Assembly: GCA_048938105.1 (NCBI GenBank)
Contig: JBHLMN010000024.1
Location: 1-64,000 of the forward strand
Direction of reading: 5' to 3'
Length of the DNA: 64,000 nucleotides
DNA from: Promethearchaeota archaeon
GTDB lineage: Archaea; Asgardarchaeota; Heimdallarchaeia; Hodarchaeales; Hodarchaeaceae
The translations under genes were made by a program, and so were the position numbers. Under the pieces are notes generated by a model that ran no database searches, was not told the DNA's origin, and saw nothing but the letters and a program-made list of their open reading frames with translations. This document shows positions 29,891 through 40,056 of this stretch, piece by piece. Every line of letters starts with the position of its first letter. The stretch's first letter is position 1.

Positions 29891-29972
29891 GAATTAATAA
29901 TTACTAAAAGCATAACCTTGGGTAAAGAATTAATAATTTGCCTCAAAAAGGTTTCTAAGAGGATTAATAATT
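29891..29972. repeat. Three copies of a palindromic (A)ATTAATAATT motif spaced 36 and 34 bp
   Basis: GAATTAATAATT at 29891 and 29927; GGATTAATAATT at 29961. Confidence 0.5.
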
Positions 29973-30034
29973 GAGGATCCATACTTAGATGTAAAGCTTC
30001 TAATTATAAAGACAGATTTAATCTGGGAATAGCT

Positions 30035-32479
30035 CTAATATACTCTATATCTATCAGATTTGACAATCAAGGAATATTGAAAAGGAGTATCCTTATCAAA
30101 GATCACTTCTGCAAAAAACCAAACCGTATCTCCGTACTCAAGAACATCATACTCAAATTTAACACTGGCAAAGCCTGAACCATCAATAGACGAGGACTCA
30201 ATTAAAGTTTTAGGAGCAGTTTCAGAAGGAGAATTTCCAACATAAAAATCAATCTTTTGATCAAGGTAATCGCAGCTTGGCTGCCAAGGGTTCCATTTAT
30301 TATCGAGAATGGATCCTGAAACCATCATAAGGCGAGCAGAAATATTGAGGTTGTCTTGAAAGTCTATTATCGTATCGTTCCACGATATGGATTCACCATT
30401 AACAGTTGTCTTATTCACATTCCATGGTTTGGCTAATGATTCAGCTGGCCCATAAGTATGGTAAGGCCAACTTGAATTAATCAAGAAACACTTTTTTACT
30501 GTTGATAGGACAGGTACGTCAATAGGAGTGCCTATTGGAAGTACATCTGCCATAAATTTGAGGAGAGGGTCAAAGCTGACCCACTCAACTCGATCCTCAA
30601 TGATGGGTTGAGGGCCACTAGTATCGATCTCTTTGATGGGAACAAGAACCTCAGCCCACGCATGAAGCATCATGTTAGTAATTATTCGCTTAGAACCGTC
30701 TTCTGACGCTTCTCCTCCTAAATAACCCACTACAACACGACTTGGGATTCCCCGTAATCGCATTAGAGTGACAAAAAGTGAAGCGAAATGAATCGAAACC
30801 CCATTCCCATTAAAGAGGAACCACTCATTATAGTCCTCATTATCTTCAGGATGAGCCATAGTTCCTAATTGGTTTCCTAACCACATGTCAAAATCAAACA
30901 TAAGTCCAAGTTTTCCAGTTGAATCAGTAACATTGATTGGGTCTGGGCTTGACGGAAGACCTATTGCTGCAGTCACTCGAGGGTCTGTGTTTATGTATTG
31001 TTGAGGAGCTAGTCTTTGCATATCGGCCAATGCTTGCGCAAAAACAGTTTGATTCTCATTAGTGCATTCATAAGCATTACTTACAACCAAAGGAGCCCAA
31101 ACTTCGTATTTATTGTTATTATTAGATAAGGATCTATCATGGACATAACAGGGATTAGGAAGTGTTCCTGTCTCGTTTGGTAACTGTAAATAAATGGCTT
31201 GAGTATCACTCCAATCTGATGGACTTAAGATATTTTCATACTCATCTTTCGTTGTTGAAAACATTGCAGCATCATAAATTGTATCACTTACATTCTTATA
31301 ATCCATGGTGTACTCAAATATTCCCTCCTCACTTGACGTTTCATCATCTATTGCAACATCAGCATAGATTCCTAATAGATCGTCAAATGAAGAGCCATAA
31401 GGGTAAGGATAAATCTCTTGGGATTCAGCTGAGTCTATTGACAGACTACTACCACTAGCATCATACAACTCAAAAGATGCAGCATCGACATATGAACCGA
31501 ATTCGCCGTTCCAAGTCGTTGGGAGACAGTTAGGAAATGAATTGTGTACCGAGACATCCACAAGTTCCTCACTGTAATCTAAGGGAATCTGAACCGTGAA
31601 TCGAGCTGTTCGGTCTGACTCATCAATTTCATGAGAGTATGGGGTACCTTCTACAGTAGGAGTCAATGAACGATAACCCAATGGATCATAACGCCACCAT
31701 CCAATCACATCAGTCCCACTAGGAGAACCGTGCAGTTCATAAGTTGTGAGACTCCCTATCCGCCAATAAGCTGGGGGAAAAGATCTGTCACTTTGGTCGC
31801 TCGAGACATTGAATAAAGCTTTATACGGATTTTGTAATCCTGCAGTAAATTGGTCAAGAAGATTTTCAAGAAGATAGGTGGCATCCCAAGTTGGTGTATT
31901 ATACAACTCCCAATTGATGTCTTTCTTCTCGTAATCTTCAAAACGAGTACTTTGCCTGGGAGTTGCCAACCCCACAATTTCCGTGATATAAGTCCCCATA
32001 AATAGGGCAATAATTAGAAGTGTAGGTAAGAGATTTAACAGGTTTCTACTGATATCTTTCTGCGCAAGTTGGTCAATTCTAGTACGAGCAACCTTAGTCA
32101 AAGCAAGCATGAAGATGATAGCTAATGAGATCATTTGGTGGAGGAAAAATGGGGAGGCAGCTCCTGAGACAATCTCCATATATTCTATTGTCGCGATATT
32201 GAGTAATATTGTTTTAAAAATCTCAAATACGAGTGCAAAACCATAAGGACCAACCATTTTTCGGGAACGTCGTAATAGAAACCATTCTACCATTGTAACA
32301 ACAGAAATCATGCCGAATCCAGCAATGGCTTGTTGATAAAATTGCTCCTCTTGAGTACTTGTGCCAATTTGGGCTTGAACGAAGGATATGGCCGTTATTA
32401 AGCAAGTAAAAGCGCTAGCTAATACAAGGTAACGAATTGCTGAAGGTGCAGGATCCTTTCCTAGCTGTTCTGTACTCAT
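30035..32479 (-). CDS. Membrane-anchored transglutaminase-like domain protein (Cys-to-Ser variant)
   Basis: N-terminal TMs; GVSIHFAS...GIPSRVVVGY...HAWAEV...WVSFDP. Confidence 0.8.
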   Translation of the reverse strand: MSTEQLGKDPAPSAIRYLVLASAFTCLITAISFVQAQIGTSTQEEQFYQQAIAGFGMISVVTMVEWFLLRRSRKMVGPYGFALVFEIFKTILLNIATIEYMEIVSGAASPFFLHQMISLAIIFMLALTKVARTRIDQLAQKDISRNLLNLLPTLLIIALFMGTYITEIVGLATPRQSTRFEDYEKKDINWELYNTPTWDATYLLENLLDQFTAGLQNPYKALFNVSSDQSDRSFPPAYWRIGSLTTYELHGSPSGTDVIGWWRYDPLGYRSLTPTVEGTPYSHEIDESDRTARFTVQIPLDYSEELVDVSVHNSFPNCLPTTWNGEFGSYVDAASFELYDASGSSLSIDSAESQEIYPYPYGSSFDDLLGIYADVAIDDETSSEEGIFEYTMDYKNVSDTIYDAAMFSTTKDEYENILSPSDWSDTQAIYLQLPNETGTLPNPCYVHDRSLSNNNNKYEVWAPLVVSNAYECTNENQTVFAQALADMQRLAPQQYINTDPRVTAAIGLPSSPDPINVTDSTGKLGLMFDFDMWLGNQLGTMAHPEDNEDYNEWFLFNGNGVSIHFASLFVTLMRLRGIPSRVVVGYLGGEASEDGSKRIITNMMLHAWAEVLVPIKEIDTSGPQPIIEDRVEWVSFDPLLKFMADVLPIGTPIDVPVLSTVKKCFLINSSWPYHTYGPAESLAKPWNVNKTTVNGESISWNDTIIDFQDNLNISARLMMVSGSILDNKWNPWQPSCDYLDQKIDFYVGNSPSETAPKTLIESSSIDGSGFASVKFEYDVLEYGDTVWFFAEVIFDKDTPFQYSLIVKSDRYRVY

Positions 32480-32695
32480 TCATTTCACCGAAAAGAGTCT
32501 CAACGTCTCAATAAGTTGTTGGGGGTTATCATCATAAGTAATACTAGTATTTTATATCATTTTATGCTTGAAGCTTATAAATCATAGTGTTTTATATCAT
32601 TGATTCTTTTAAAGGTAATCTACTGAACTCACCCTTCTTGAGAAAATAATTTGATTTTTTCTTTGTTATCATATCAACCGAGTAAACTGGGGAAT

Positions 32696-35176
32696 TTAAC
32701 TATCCTGGAAAAAGAATAAAGAACAAAAAACGCATAAACGATATGGTTTTTTCCCTCGTTTTACAACAGCTAGTGTTTGCTGTCCACATTTTTCACAAGG
32801 ATTACTAAGAATAATTGATGTTCCTTTACGAAGATTTGGAGCCTTCCAAGTTCGATTACAGCTCTTACAGCTTACATGTGTAATTTGTTGGTTAAATTTT
32901 ATGAGAACAACCCCTCCACAGTCTGGACAATTACCAAGATTTTGCTCGGGAGAGATGACCTCCCAAGACCCCGAAAAAGGGCAATCAGTTCTATTACAAT
33001 CAGTACAAAACCATGGCCGATCGTTCTTAGCTTCTCTTGTCCAACAGATAGGACACAAAACCCAACTGTAAGATTTAGAGGAGATCAATAATGGACTTCC
33101 ATTACAGATACGACACTTCTCATACTCTATTATAGATAAATCACCTTTTTTGGGGAGAGGAAAGCTTATCTCGCAAAGAGGATTAGAGCATTTTAAAAAC
33201 CGTGAATCTCCTTTTCCTTGGTGAAGAACAAGATTTCCTTGACATTCTGGACAGACACCAAAAACCTTACCAATTCCAGTCATTGATTTAATACTTTGAG
33301 CTAGAGTTGAGAAAATTTCCTCTTGATTGACTTTCATTTCCTGTAAACCACGAGTTGTCAATTCAATCACGAGTTTATCAACATCTTCGGGAGTCTTTTC
33401 GTGGTCTCGAATTTGCTGAGTCCAGGATTCAACTTTCCCTCGGATTTCTGGAATAATGAGATCTTCAGCATTTTGTGTTAAAACCTGATATAGGGCCACT
33501 CCTAGAGAGGTTGGAACTAAAATCCTTCGTGGCCCTTGATTTTTTGTATACATCCGTTTTTGAACAGTGTCAATATGCGTAGATCGCGTGGCATCAGTCC
33601 CAAGGTTTAATTTTGCCATTTCACGGATTAACTGGGATTCACTCCATAATGAAGGCGGTGTTGTGAATCCTTGATGTTTAAAGGCTTCGATTGTTTGTTT
33701 ACTCCCTTTCTCTAACCGAGGTAATTTCTTTCCTTTAATTTTCTTAAATTTATAGAATTTTAAATATCCAAGGTTAATAATTCTTCGTCCTTTTGCAATA
33801 AATTCTTCTGATGCGGCAGTTAATATGATATATTGATTTACAACCGTAGCTTCAGAGTGGATAGTCGCCAAAAATCTCCATACAATATAAGAATAGATAT
33901 TCCAAGCATGGTTAATTATTGCAGGAGTTTTTTTCAAGATTTTTTCAATTTCAGATTGGTTAACCGCTTTTACTGGTTTTATTGGCTCATGATCTTTTGT
34001 AAATTTCCCCTTACTGGGATTTAGGACACCTCCCTGGGCAATACACTCTTTTGCCGTAGACCCAAAGATATCATGAGATGTAAACTTTTGAGTTAATTTC
34101 GTCAAGTCTTTTTCAAGATAGAAGGAACTCTCTGTTCGAGGGTATGTTATAAGGCCATTGTTGTATAATCTTTCAGCGATATCAGCAACTTGTTTTGGAC
34201 TAATTCTAAAGAATTGAGCACATTCTGATTCAAGAGTATCTGTATCCAAAGGTAACGGGCGTTTGATAATCCCTAGCTCTTCATTAAACTCCGTGATGGT
34301 TCCTTCATTATCTTTTTCTAGAACTGAAATCAAAGAATCAACGGTTTTTTCATCAGTTTCAGGATTACCTTTCCAGTTAAGAAATAAGGGACCTTCTGAT
34401 GTAGATATTTTGATTGAAATTCTCCAAAATTTCTCGGGAGAAAAAGCCCTATTTTCTAAAAATCTGTTTGTTATTAACCACAGTACACTAGTCTGACATG
34501 GCCCATATGAAATTATCCTGTTTTGAATACCACGGTTTTGAATTCCAACAGTGAGAAACCGAGTTATTGAGGAACCCATCCTCAAATCCTGTTTCCTGAG
34601 AGAATCTACTTGCTTAATCCAATCCCAGTTTAAATCTGTCTGCGATTCAAACGCTTTCTTAAGGCTGCTAGGATTCGTACTGATAAAATGCATTCGACCA
34701 TGGCGAATTTTGTTATTGACGCGAGTAGCAATTTCAAGGATTTGACGTCCAATGGACTCACCATGACCGTCCCAATCAGTAGCAATAACAATAATGTTAG
34801 ATTCTTTTCCTATTTCCTCAATGTGGGATAACATATTCACCTGAATAGGAACCTCTATAGGGTCGAGCTCGATCAAATCTAAAGGATCTGAATTATGCCA
34901 ATTCGTATCCTTATCAAAAGGCGGAAGATAATCGTAATTAAGGATATGACCAGTGACACTCGTGATAATGAGGCTATCTTCTTTTCGAAGACGGTAATCA
35001 TCTTTTTCTATCGCAAAATTAATGTTTTGGTTATCGATGGTGCTTTCATAGATGTAATTGTATCTTGTTTTGCCTTTTCGACTTTTGAACTTGAGTTTAT
35101 AGACAATAGAAAAAGCTCTAACCAAAGCTCGCGCAATAGAAGGTTTTTCAGCTAAAATTGAAATGGTTGCGCCCAC
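32696..35176 (-). CDS. topA: DNA topoisomerase IA (TopA/Top3) with C-terminal zinc ribbons
   Basis: AEKPS, ATDWDGHGE, ITYPRT active-site Tyr, LGTDATR, multiple CxxC. Confidence 0.93.
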   Translation of the reverse strand: MGATISILAEKPSIARALVRAFSIVYKLKFKSRKGKTRYNYIYESTIDNQNINFAIEKDDYRLRKEDSLIITSVTGHILNYDYLPPFDKDTNWHNSDPLDLIELDPIEVPIQVNMLSHIEEIGKESNIIVIATDWDGHGESIGRQILEIATRVNNKIRHGRMHFISTNPSSLKKAFESQTDLNWDWIKQVDSLRKQDLRMGSSITRFLTVGIQNRGIQNRIISYGPCQTSVLWLITNRFLENRAFSPEKFWRISIKISTSEGPLFLNWKGNPETDEKTVDSLISVLEKDNEGTITEFNEELGIIKRPLPLDTDTLESECAQFFRISPKQVADIAERLYNNGLITYPRTESSFYLEKDLTKLTQKFTSHDIFGSTAKECIAQGGVLNPSKGKFTKDHEPIKPVKAVNQSEIEKILKKTPAIINHAWNIYSYIVWRFLATIHSEATVVNQYIILTAASEEFIAKGRRIINLGYLKFYKFKKIKGKKLPRLEKGSKQTIEAFKHQGFTTPPSLWSESQLIREMAKLNLGTDATRSTHIDTVQKRMYTKNQGPRRILVPTSLGVALYQVLTQNAEDLIIPEIRGKVESWTQQIRDHEKTPEDVDKLVIELTTRGLQEMKVNQEEIFSTLAQSIKSMTGIGKVFGVCPECQGNLVLHQGKGDSRFLKCSNPLCEISFPLPKKGDLSIIEYEKCRICNGSPLLISSKSYSWVLCPICWTREAKNDRPWFCTDCNRTDCPFSGSWEVISPEQNLGNCPDCGGVVLIKFNQQITHVSCKSCNRTWKAPNLRKGTSIILSNPCEKCGQQTLAVVKRGKKPYRLCVFCSLFFFQDS

Positions 35177-35273
35177 AATTAAAACCCAAATAGTTTTTTA
35201 CAATCTAAAATTCTTCAAATTGATAATCAGTTTTAAAGATAAAGAAAATTACATTCCCCTCTAGGTTGATCTT

Positions 35274-35795
35274 ATGAGCCATCTTTCTCCGTTTCGCTTA
35301 TATATTACCGGAGGAACAGGAACAGGAAAGACAAGTGTGGCCAAAAAGCTTACTACAATTATGTCTCTTGAATATTCGGAATTAAACACTATAGTTCTTG
35401 AGAAAGGATTCTATCTAGGGTATGATATTAATCGAGATTCACTAATAATTGATGAAGATCTTATAGCTGCCTATTTAGAGAAAATAATAACCAATAAACA
35501 ACGAATTTGCTTAGTAGGGGGGATTATTCCTTTGAAAAACATTTTTGACCTTATAATTGTCTTGCGTTGTCGTGCTGACATCCTTAGACAGCGATTATTA
35601 TCTCGGAATTACCCAGAAGAAAAAATTGAAGCAAATATTGAAGCTGAAATAATGAATATTGTCTATTACGAGGCCATTGAATTCTTCTCTGACCAAAATG
35701 TCATTGAGGTTTATAATGATGAAAATTCAATTGATAAAACATGTGATCAAATCATCTTAAAAGTACGTCAGCATCATCCGAGCGTTTTGGAATGA
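35274..35795 (+). CDS. Adenylate kinase, Fap7/AK6-like
   Basis: ITGGTGTGKT, RLLSRNYPEEKIEANIEAEI. Confidence 0.8.
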   Translation: MSHLSPFRLYITGGTGTGKTSVAKKLTTIMSLEYSELNTIVLEKGFYLGYDINRDSLIIDEDLIAAYLEKIITNKQRICLVGGIIPLKNIFDLIIVLRCRADILRQRLLSRNYPEEKIEANIEAEIMNIVYYEAIEFFSDQNVIEVYNDENSIDKTCDQIILKVRQHHPSVLE

Positions 35796-36461
35796 CTGTT
35801 TAACTGAATTAAGAGGGGTTCCAGAGGTCGAAATAACAGGAGGCATATGTCCAGGAAGAAGTACCTGAATTTCTAATTCCGATAAGCGTTTTAGAGATTC
35901 CACTAAATCTTTGCTATTCCCAGAACGTAAATCAGTTCGGCCGAAGGAGCCCTGAGGGAAAGCAGTATCCCCGCTGATTAAGATTTGATTTTTCTTATCC
36001 CATAAAGAAATCGATCCATGGGTGTGACCAGGGGTGTGCAATACTTCAAAAGAGAAATTTCCTATATTTATGACATCTCCTTCAAAGACCTCTTGTGAAA
36101 TATCAATGGGAGAACATTCTGAAGCCATAAATGGTACGATATAGGAACTATCTCCAGATTTCAAGTGTTGAGCTTCAATTTCTGAGGTTATTACATCTAA
36201 TTCAAGTTTTGATTGGAGAACCATAATACCTCCAACATGATCAATATGACCATGAGTCAATAAAACTCGAGTAATGTTCCTACGGGTAATAGCTTCTTCT
36301 AAAATTTTAATACTTCCCTTATGGGCCCCAAAACTAAAGTTCATCCTATCTCCTAGGCCGGAATCAATCATCAAGGATTCTCCCTTAGATTCAACAATGA
36401 AAACATTACAATCTAAGCCTTGACCAAGCATCCAAGTTATTCCAGGTGCAATTTGTTTCAT
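35757..36461 (-). CDS. MBL-fold metallo-hydrolase
   Basis: THGHIDHVGG, TPGHTHGS, SGD, PGH. Confidence 0.9.
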   Translation of the reverse strand: MKQIAPGITWMLGQGLDCNVFIVESKGESLMIDSGLGDRMNFSFGAHKGSIKILEEAITRRNITRVLLTHGHIDHVGGIMVLQSKLELDVITSEIEAQHLKSGDSSYIVPFMASECSPIDISQEVFEGDVINIGNFSFEVLHTPGHTHGSISLWDKKNQILISGDTAFPQGSFGRTDLRSGNSKDLVESLKRLSELEIQVLLPGHMPPVISTSGTPLNSVKQSFQNARMMLTYF

Positions 36462-36606
36462 AAAGACATCCCCAGGATTATTCTGAAAAAAATTGTAACG
36501 CAGTAAGTCCTTAAGCTCCTTGAAAGGAAATGATAAAAAAAGTGAAAGACTGGACTCTGTGGTTCTAACGCCGCCATTAAGACCCAGTCAAGAAGGATAA
36601 TAAATT

Positions 36607-36849
36607 TTATTCGTTGGCCCCTTCAACCACGATCATGGTCAAAGTTGAACGGACATTATCTAGTCCGCGTATGTTAGTTGTTATGATCTCTTTTAGCTCG
36701 TCCATAGTATCGGCTTCAACCTTAGCCACAATGTCATAAACACCGTACACAATCCATGCACCAACCACACCTTTCGTGGACTTCAAGTCCTCAAGGACTT
36801 CGTCTTCTGATCCGATCTCAGCATTAACTAAAACAAAAGCAGCGGGCAT
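36607..36849 (-). CDS. Stand-alone Lrp/AsnC ligand-binding (RAM) domain protein
   Basis: AFVLVN...VYGVYDIVAKVE...VRSTLT. Confidence 0.88.
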   Translation of the reverse strand: MPAAFVLVNAEIGSEDEVLEDLKSTKGVVGAWIVYGVYDIVAKVEADTMDELKEIITTNIRGLDNVRSTLTMIVVEGANE

Positions 36850-37136
36850 TCTTTCACCTCAAAATTCTCTATGATTATAATTTATTCAATTTGTTACTAT
36901 TAACCCCCACAGCTTATGTATTTAAAAAACCTCCTAAAAATTTGTCGAACAAGTGCATTGAATTTTAATCTTTATTAAATTCAATAAGAAGTTCTAATGA
37001 TCTCTTCTCCTTAGATTCGTTTCTGGATATTTTTATACGGATAATCTGCAAATCACGAGAAAATGACCGTAGGAAGAATTTTTCATGTGAAAAAATCTAT
37101 GTGATATTACCGTAATGTTATGAATTTTATAATTCA

Positions 37137-37694
37137 TTGAAGACACTTAAAGTTCGAGGACTCTTTAGTATGAATAATCCTTTTGACCAGATATCAGGCC
37201 AAATTATCATAAAAGGGCGGATTTATTCAGCCAAAGAAGTCATTCGAGGGTTGTTAGAACAAGGAATAGCAATAACTGAGAGTTCTGAAGGATTGAAAAT
37301 AGGTTTCAAGCTTTTTCAGCCCCAATCAACATCTTCTCCTACCACTCTAGACGAGTATGAAGTCATTAATTGTCCGTTTATTCCCTATATGTCCCAAATT
37401 ACGACCCGTCTTAACGATCTTTCGTCTCGTTTAAGTCTTCCACATGATGATGAAGGTTATTCTCCACCTAAAAGTTCAATAAACTCACCTATACCTGAAA
37501 ATCCAAGCACGACATCCTTTTCACCTTTTAATGTATCCTCCTTTCAATCAGATGAGGAAAAAGAGAAAGAGAAATTCTTTAATTCAAGTAGTAACTTCTT
37601 TGACAACCGTCGTAAATGCCCATCGTGCGGGGCTACCATCCCCCAAAACGCGTTTTTCTGCAATAAATGTGGAAATCATGTGAGATCAGGTTGA
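37137..37694 (+). CDS. Zinc-ribbon domain protein
   Basis: C-terminal CPSCG...FCNKCG after a Ser/Pro-rich linker. Confidence 0.7.
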   Translation: MKTLKVRGLFSMNNPFDQISGQIIIKGRIYSAKEVIRGLLEQGIAITESSEGLKIGFKLFQPQSTSSPTTLDEYEVINCPFIPYMSQITTRLNDLSSRLSLPHDDEGYSPPKSSINSPIPENPSTTSFSPFNVSSFQSDEEKEKEKFFNSSSNFFDNRRKCPSCGATIPQNAFFCNKCGNHVRSG

Positions 37695-37769
37695 ATCAGT
37701 TTTTACATTAGTCCTCCCATTTCGATGTACCTTGATTTCTAGAAGAATATTAAATAGATCAAAAAGGAA

Positions 37770-38273
37770 TTATCCCGTTAGTCGTGTTTTCCAATCATAT
37801 ATTTTCTCGATGAGTTGTTCCTTTTCTACAGAAGAGATCTCTCTCATATTCTTAATTTGGTTTGCGTACCTTCCCATTTCATGGAATGCTGGATGAAATC
37901 CAACTTCAGCCGATTGCATCACTTGGTCTCGCAAACGGGATAATGATTTAGCTATTTCAGGCCCCTTGGTCATAGTTTGAACCTGACTTAGAAATGAATC
38001 TAATAATCTCCCCGCTTTAGCACTTCCTCCAGAGCTAGGGACTTGTACCGAGGGTGATGGACTTGGTGCTGGAGTGGGTGTTGGTTTAGCTTTTACAACT
38101 TTTTTTGGTGTTGGTTGAGGGGTTGGTACTCCTTCCATAGCGGCGAAAATTTTTTCAAATCTAATAGATATCTTTTCCAGCTTATTTGCAAGAACTTTAG
38201 CAGTTTTAGTGACCAATTCTAGATCTTCTTTAAGCTGTTCAACTTCTTTTTCCTCTGTCATGTTCAAATCCAC
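37770..38273 (-). CDS. Hypothetical protein (coiled coil, Pro-rich linker, helical C-terminal domain)
   Basis: Long ORF with modular composition. Confidence 0.6.
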   Translation of the reverse strand: MDLNMTEEKEVEQLKEDLELVTKTAKVLANKLEKISIRFEKIFAAMEGVPTPQPTPKKVVKAKPTPTPAPSPSPSVQVPSSGGSAKAGRLLDSFLSQVQTMTKGPEIAKSLSRLRDQVMQSAEVGFHPAFHEMGRYANQIKNMREISSVEKEQLIEKIYDWKTRLTG

Positions 38274-38582
38274 TTTTTCTGTATTTTAAACAATATTTCC
38301 TTATTTCTCTTTTTATCTCTTCCGATTTTATGTTAACTCAATCAAAGAATTCTTTTCCTTCTACAATCAGTATTGTAACGAATCTGACAACTTTAAGCTT
38401 TTAAATGAAGCATCATTAAATGTTAAGAATGTAAAATGCCTCTTTAACACTTCAAACACAAGTCTTAATTAGAACGCGAGATCCTTAATTCAATTCCAAC
38501 AGATAAACACTACTATTAATATTATGAGTAATAAAATATCTCCTTAGTAATAGCTATAGGTGAATTGATAGAAGAACCATTT

Positions 38583-39779
38583 CTAGTATGCATTTAAAGC
38601 TAGAATAGCTGGTAATGGCTTTCCCATTAAAAATTGTATCATTGCACCTCCAGCAGTACTCACATAGGAAAGTTTAATGTTATTTTTTTCAATGATTGAG
38701 ACACTATGTCCTCCCCCGGCCAATGAGAAACCTTTAGACCCACTCATTGCCTTAAAAACTTCTAATGTTCCCTTTTCGAAACCTGGTTCTTCAAATTTTC
38801 CCATTGGACCGTTTAATACAGTGGTTGCAGATTCTAATATTATTGTTCTGTACTCATTGATTGTTTGATCACCAATATCCAGAATAGGTGAGTCTAAGGG
38901 TAGATCTTTCATTGAATACAATTTTCGACCTCCTTCATCCACAGCAAAATCGCTTTGAACTCTAACTCGCTCACCAAATTGTTTAATTAAATTTTTAGCT
39001 GGTTCAATGAATTGGAGAAGTTTTTTCTTTGCCAAAAAATCGTATGTCTGATCTCCTAGTGAATTTCCCAGCACTATTAGAAGGAGTTGTGAAATCACAC
39101 CTCCTGTTAATACAATATCAGCAACATCATTTTTTAGAACATATTCCGCAACTTTAAAAGAATCTTCAGGTTTTATACCCCCCAAAATAAAGGTACAAGG
39201 TTTTTCGGGGTTATCAACAACTCGTTGAAGATTATTAACCTCTCTTTCCATGATTAATCCTGCCACAGAAGGTAAAATGGCAGTAAAACCAACAAGACTC
39301 ATATGAGAACGATGAGCTGCTGAAAATGCATCATTCACAAAAATTTCCCCTACTTTAGCTAAACTTTTTATGTAGGGGCTTTTGGAATGTTCTTCAGCAG
39401 TTTTGTTTGCTGTTTCACCCTCTACCATGCGCACATTTTCTAGAACTAAGATATCTCCTGCATTCATAGTATTTATGCGAGCTTCCACTTCAGGCCCATG
39501 AGTTTGGGGGAAAAAATCAACTTTATACTTATCCCCCACAATTTGCTGAAGGTTATTTGAATGGGCCTCTAAGCTACTGAAATCAGAGCTACCTGGTCGT
39601 CCTTGGTGAGCAATAACAACAACCTTTCCCTTAAGATCAGCAATATACTTGATTGTTTCCGCGTGAGCTTTAATCCTAGTTGTATCAAGAATATTTCTTT
39701 CATCATCCAAAGGGCAATTTAGATCTACTCGAGTCAAGCATACTTTGCCTTCAACATTAATCTCTGAAAGTGCTCTCAT
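38583..39779 (-). CDS. pgk: Phosphoglycerate kinase
   Basis: RVDLNCP, AHQGRPG, LENVR, NDAFSAAHR, GGGH, STAGGA. Confidence 0.95.
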   Translation of the reverse strand: MRALSEINVEGKVCLTRVDLNCPLDDERNILDTTRIKAHAETIKYIADLKGKVVVIAHQGRPGSSDFSSLEAHSNNLQQIVGDKYKVDFFPQTHGPEVEARINTMNAGDILVLENVRMVEGETANKTAEEHSKSPYIKSLAKVGEIFVNDAFSAAHRSHMSLVGFTAILPSVAGLIMEREVNNLQRVVDNPEKPCTFILGGIKPEDSFKVAEYVLKNDVADIVLTGGVISQLLLIVLGNSLGDQTYDFLAKKKLLQFIEPAKNLIKQFGERVRVQSDFAVDEGGRKLYSMKDLPLDSPILDIGDQTINEYRTIILESATTVLNGPMGKFEEPGFEKGTLEVFKAMSGSKGFSLAGGGHSVSIIEKNNIKLSYVSTAGGAMIQFLMGKPLPAILALNAY

Positions 39780-40056
39780 GTTTTCTAAAGAGCTTATGAT
39801 AATTTTTTCAATATTTCTCATTTTCAAAATTTTTCCAAAATTTGGATCTTGAACTATTTCTTTTAGATTTTATCATAAGAAATGTTTCTAAAAAGCCTCT
39901 AAACTTTATTATTAAGATGAAAGAGAACGAAGAGACGATGAAAAGAGTCTAATATCGTGAATATAAGTTAGAAGGATTTTTTAGCTCCTCTTAGAAAATG
40001 ATTAAAAGTAGAATAATTTTGGTGAATTTTACAAAATAGAAGAATAGGTGTAAAAA

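Noticed and set aside
29891-29972. Mini CRISPR array
   Set aside because: Repeats are only 11-12 bp, three copies, AT-only, with no cas genes or leader.
36548-36589. SECIS element
   Set aside because: Neither neighbouring gene has an in-frame TGA and the AUGA/GA core is absent.
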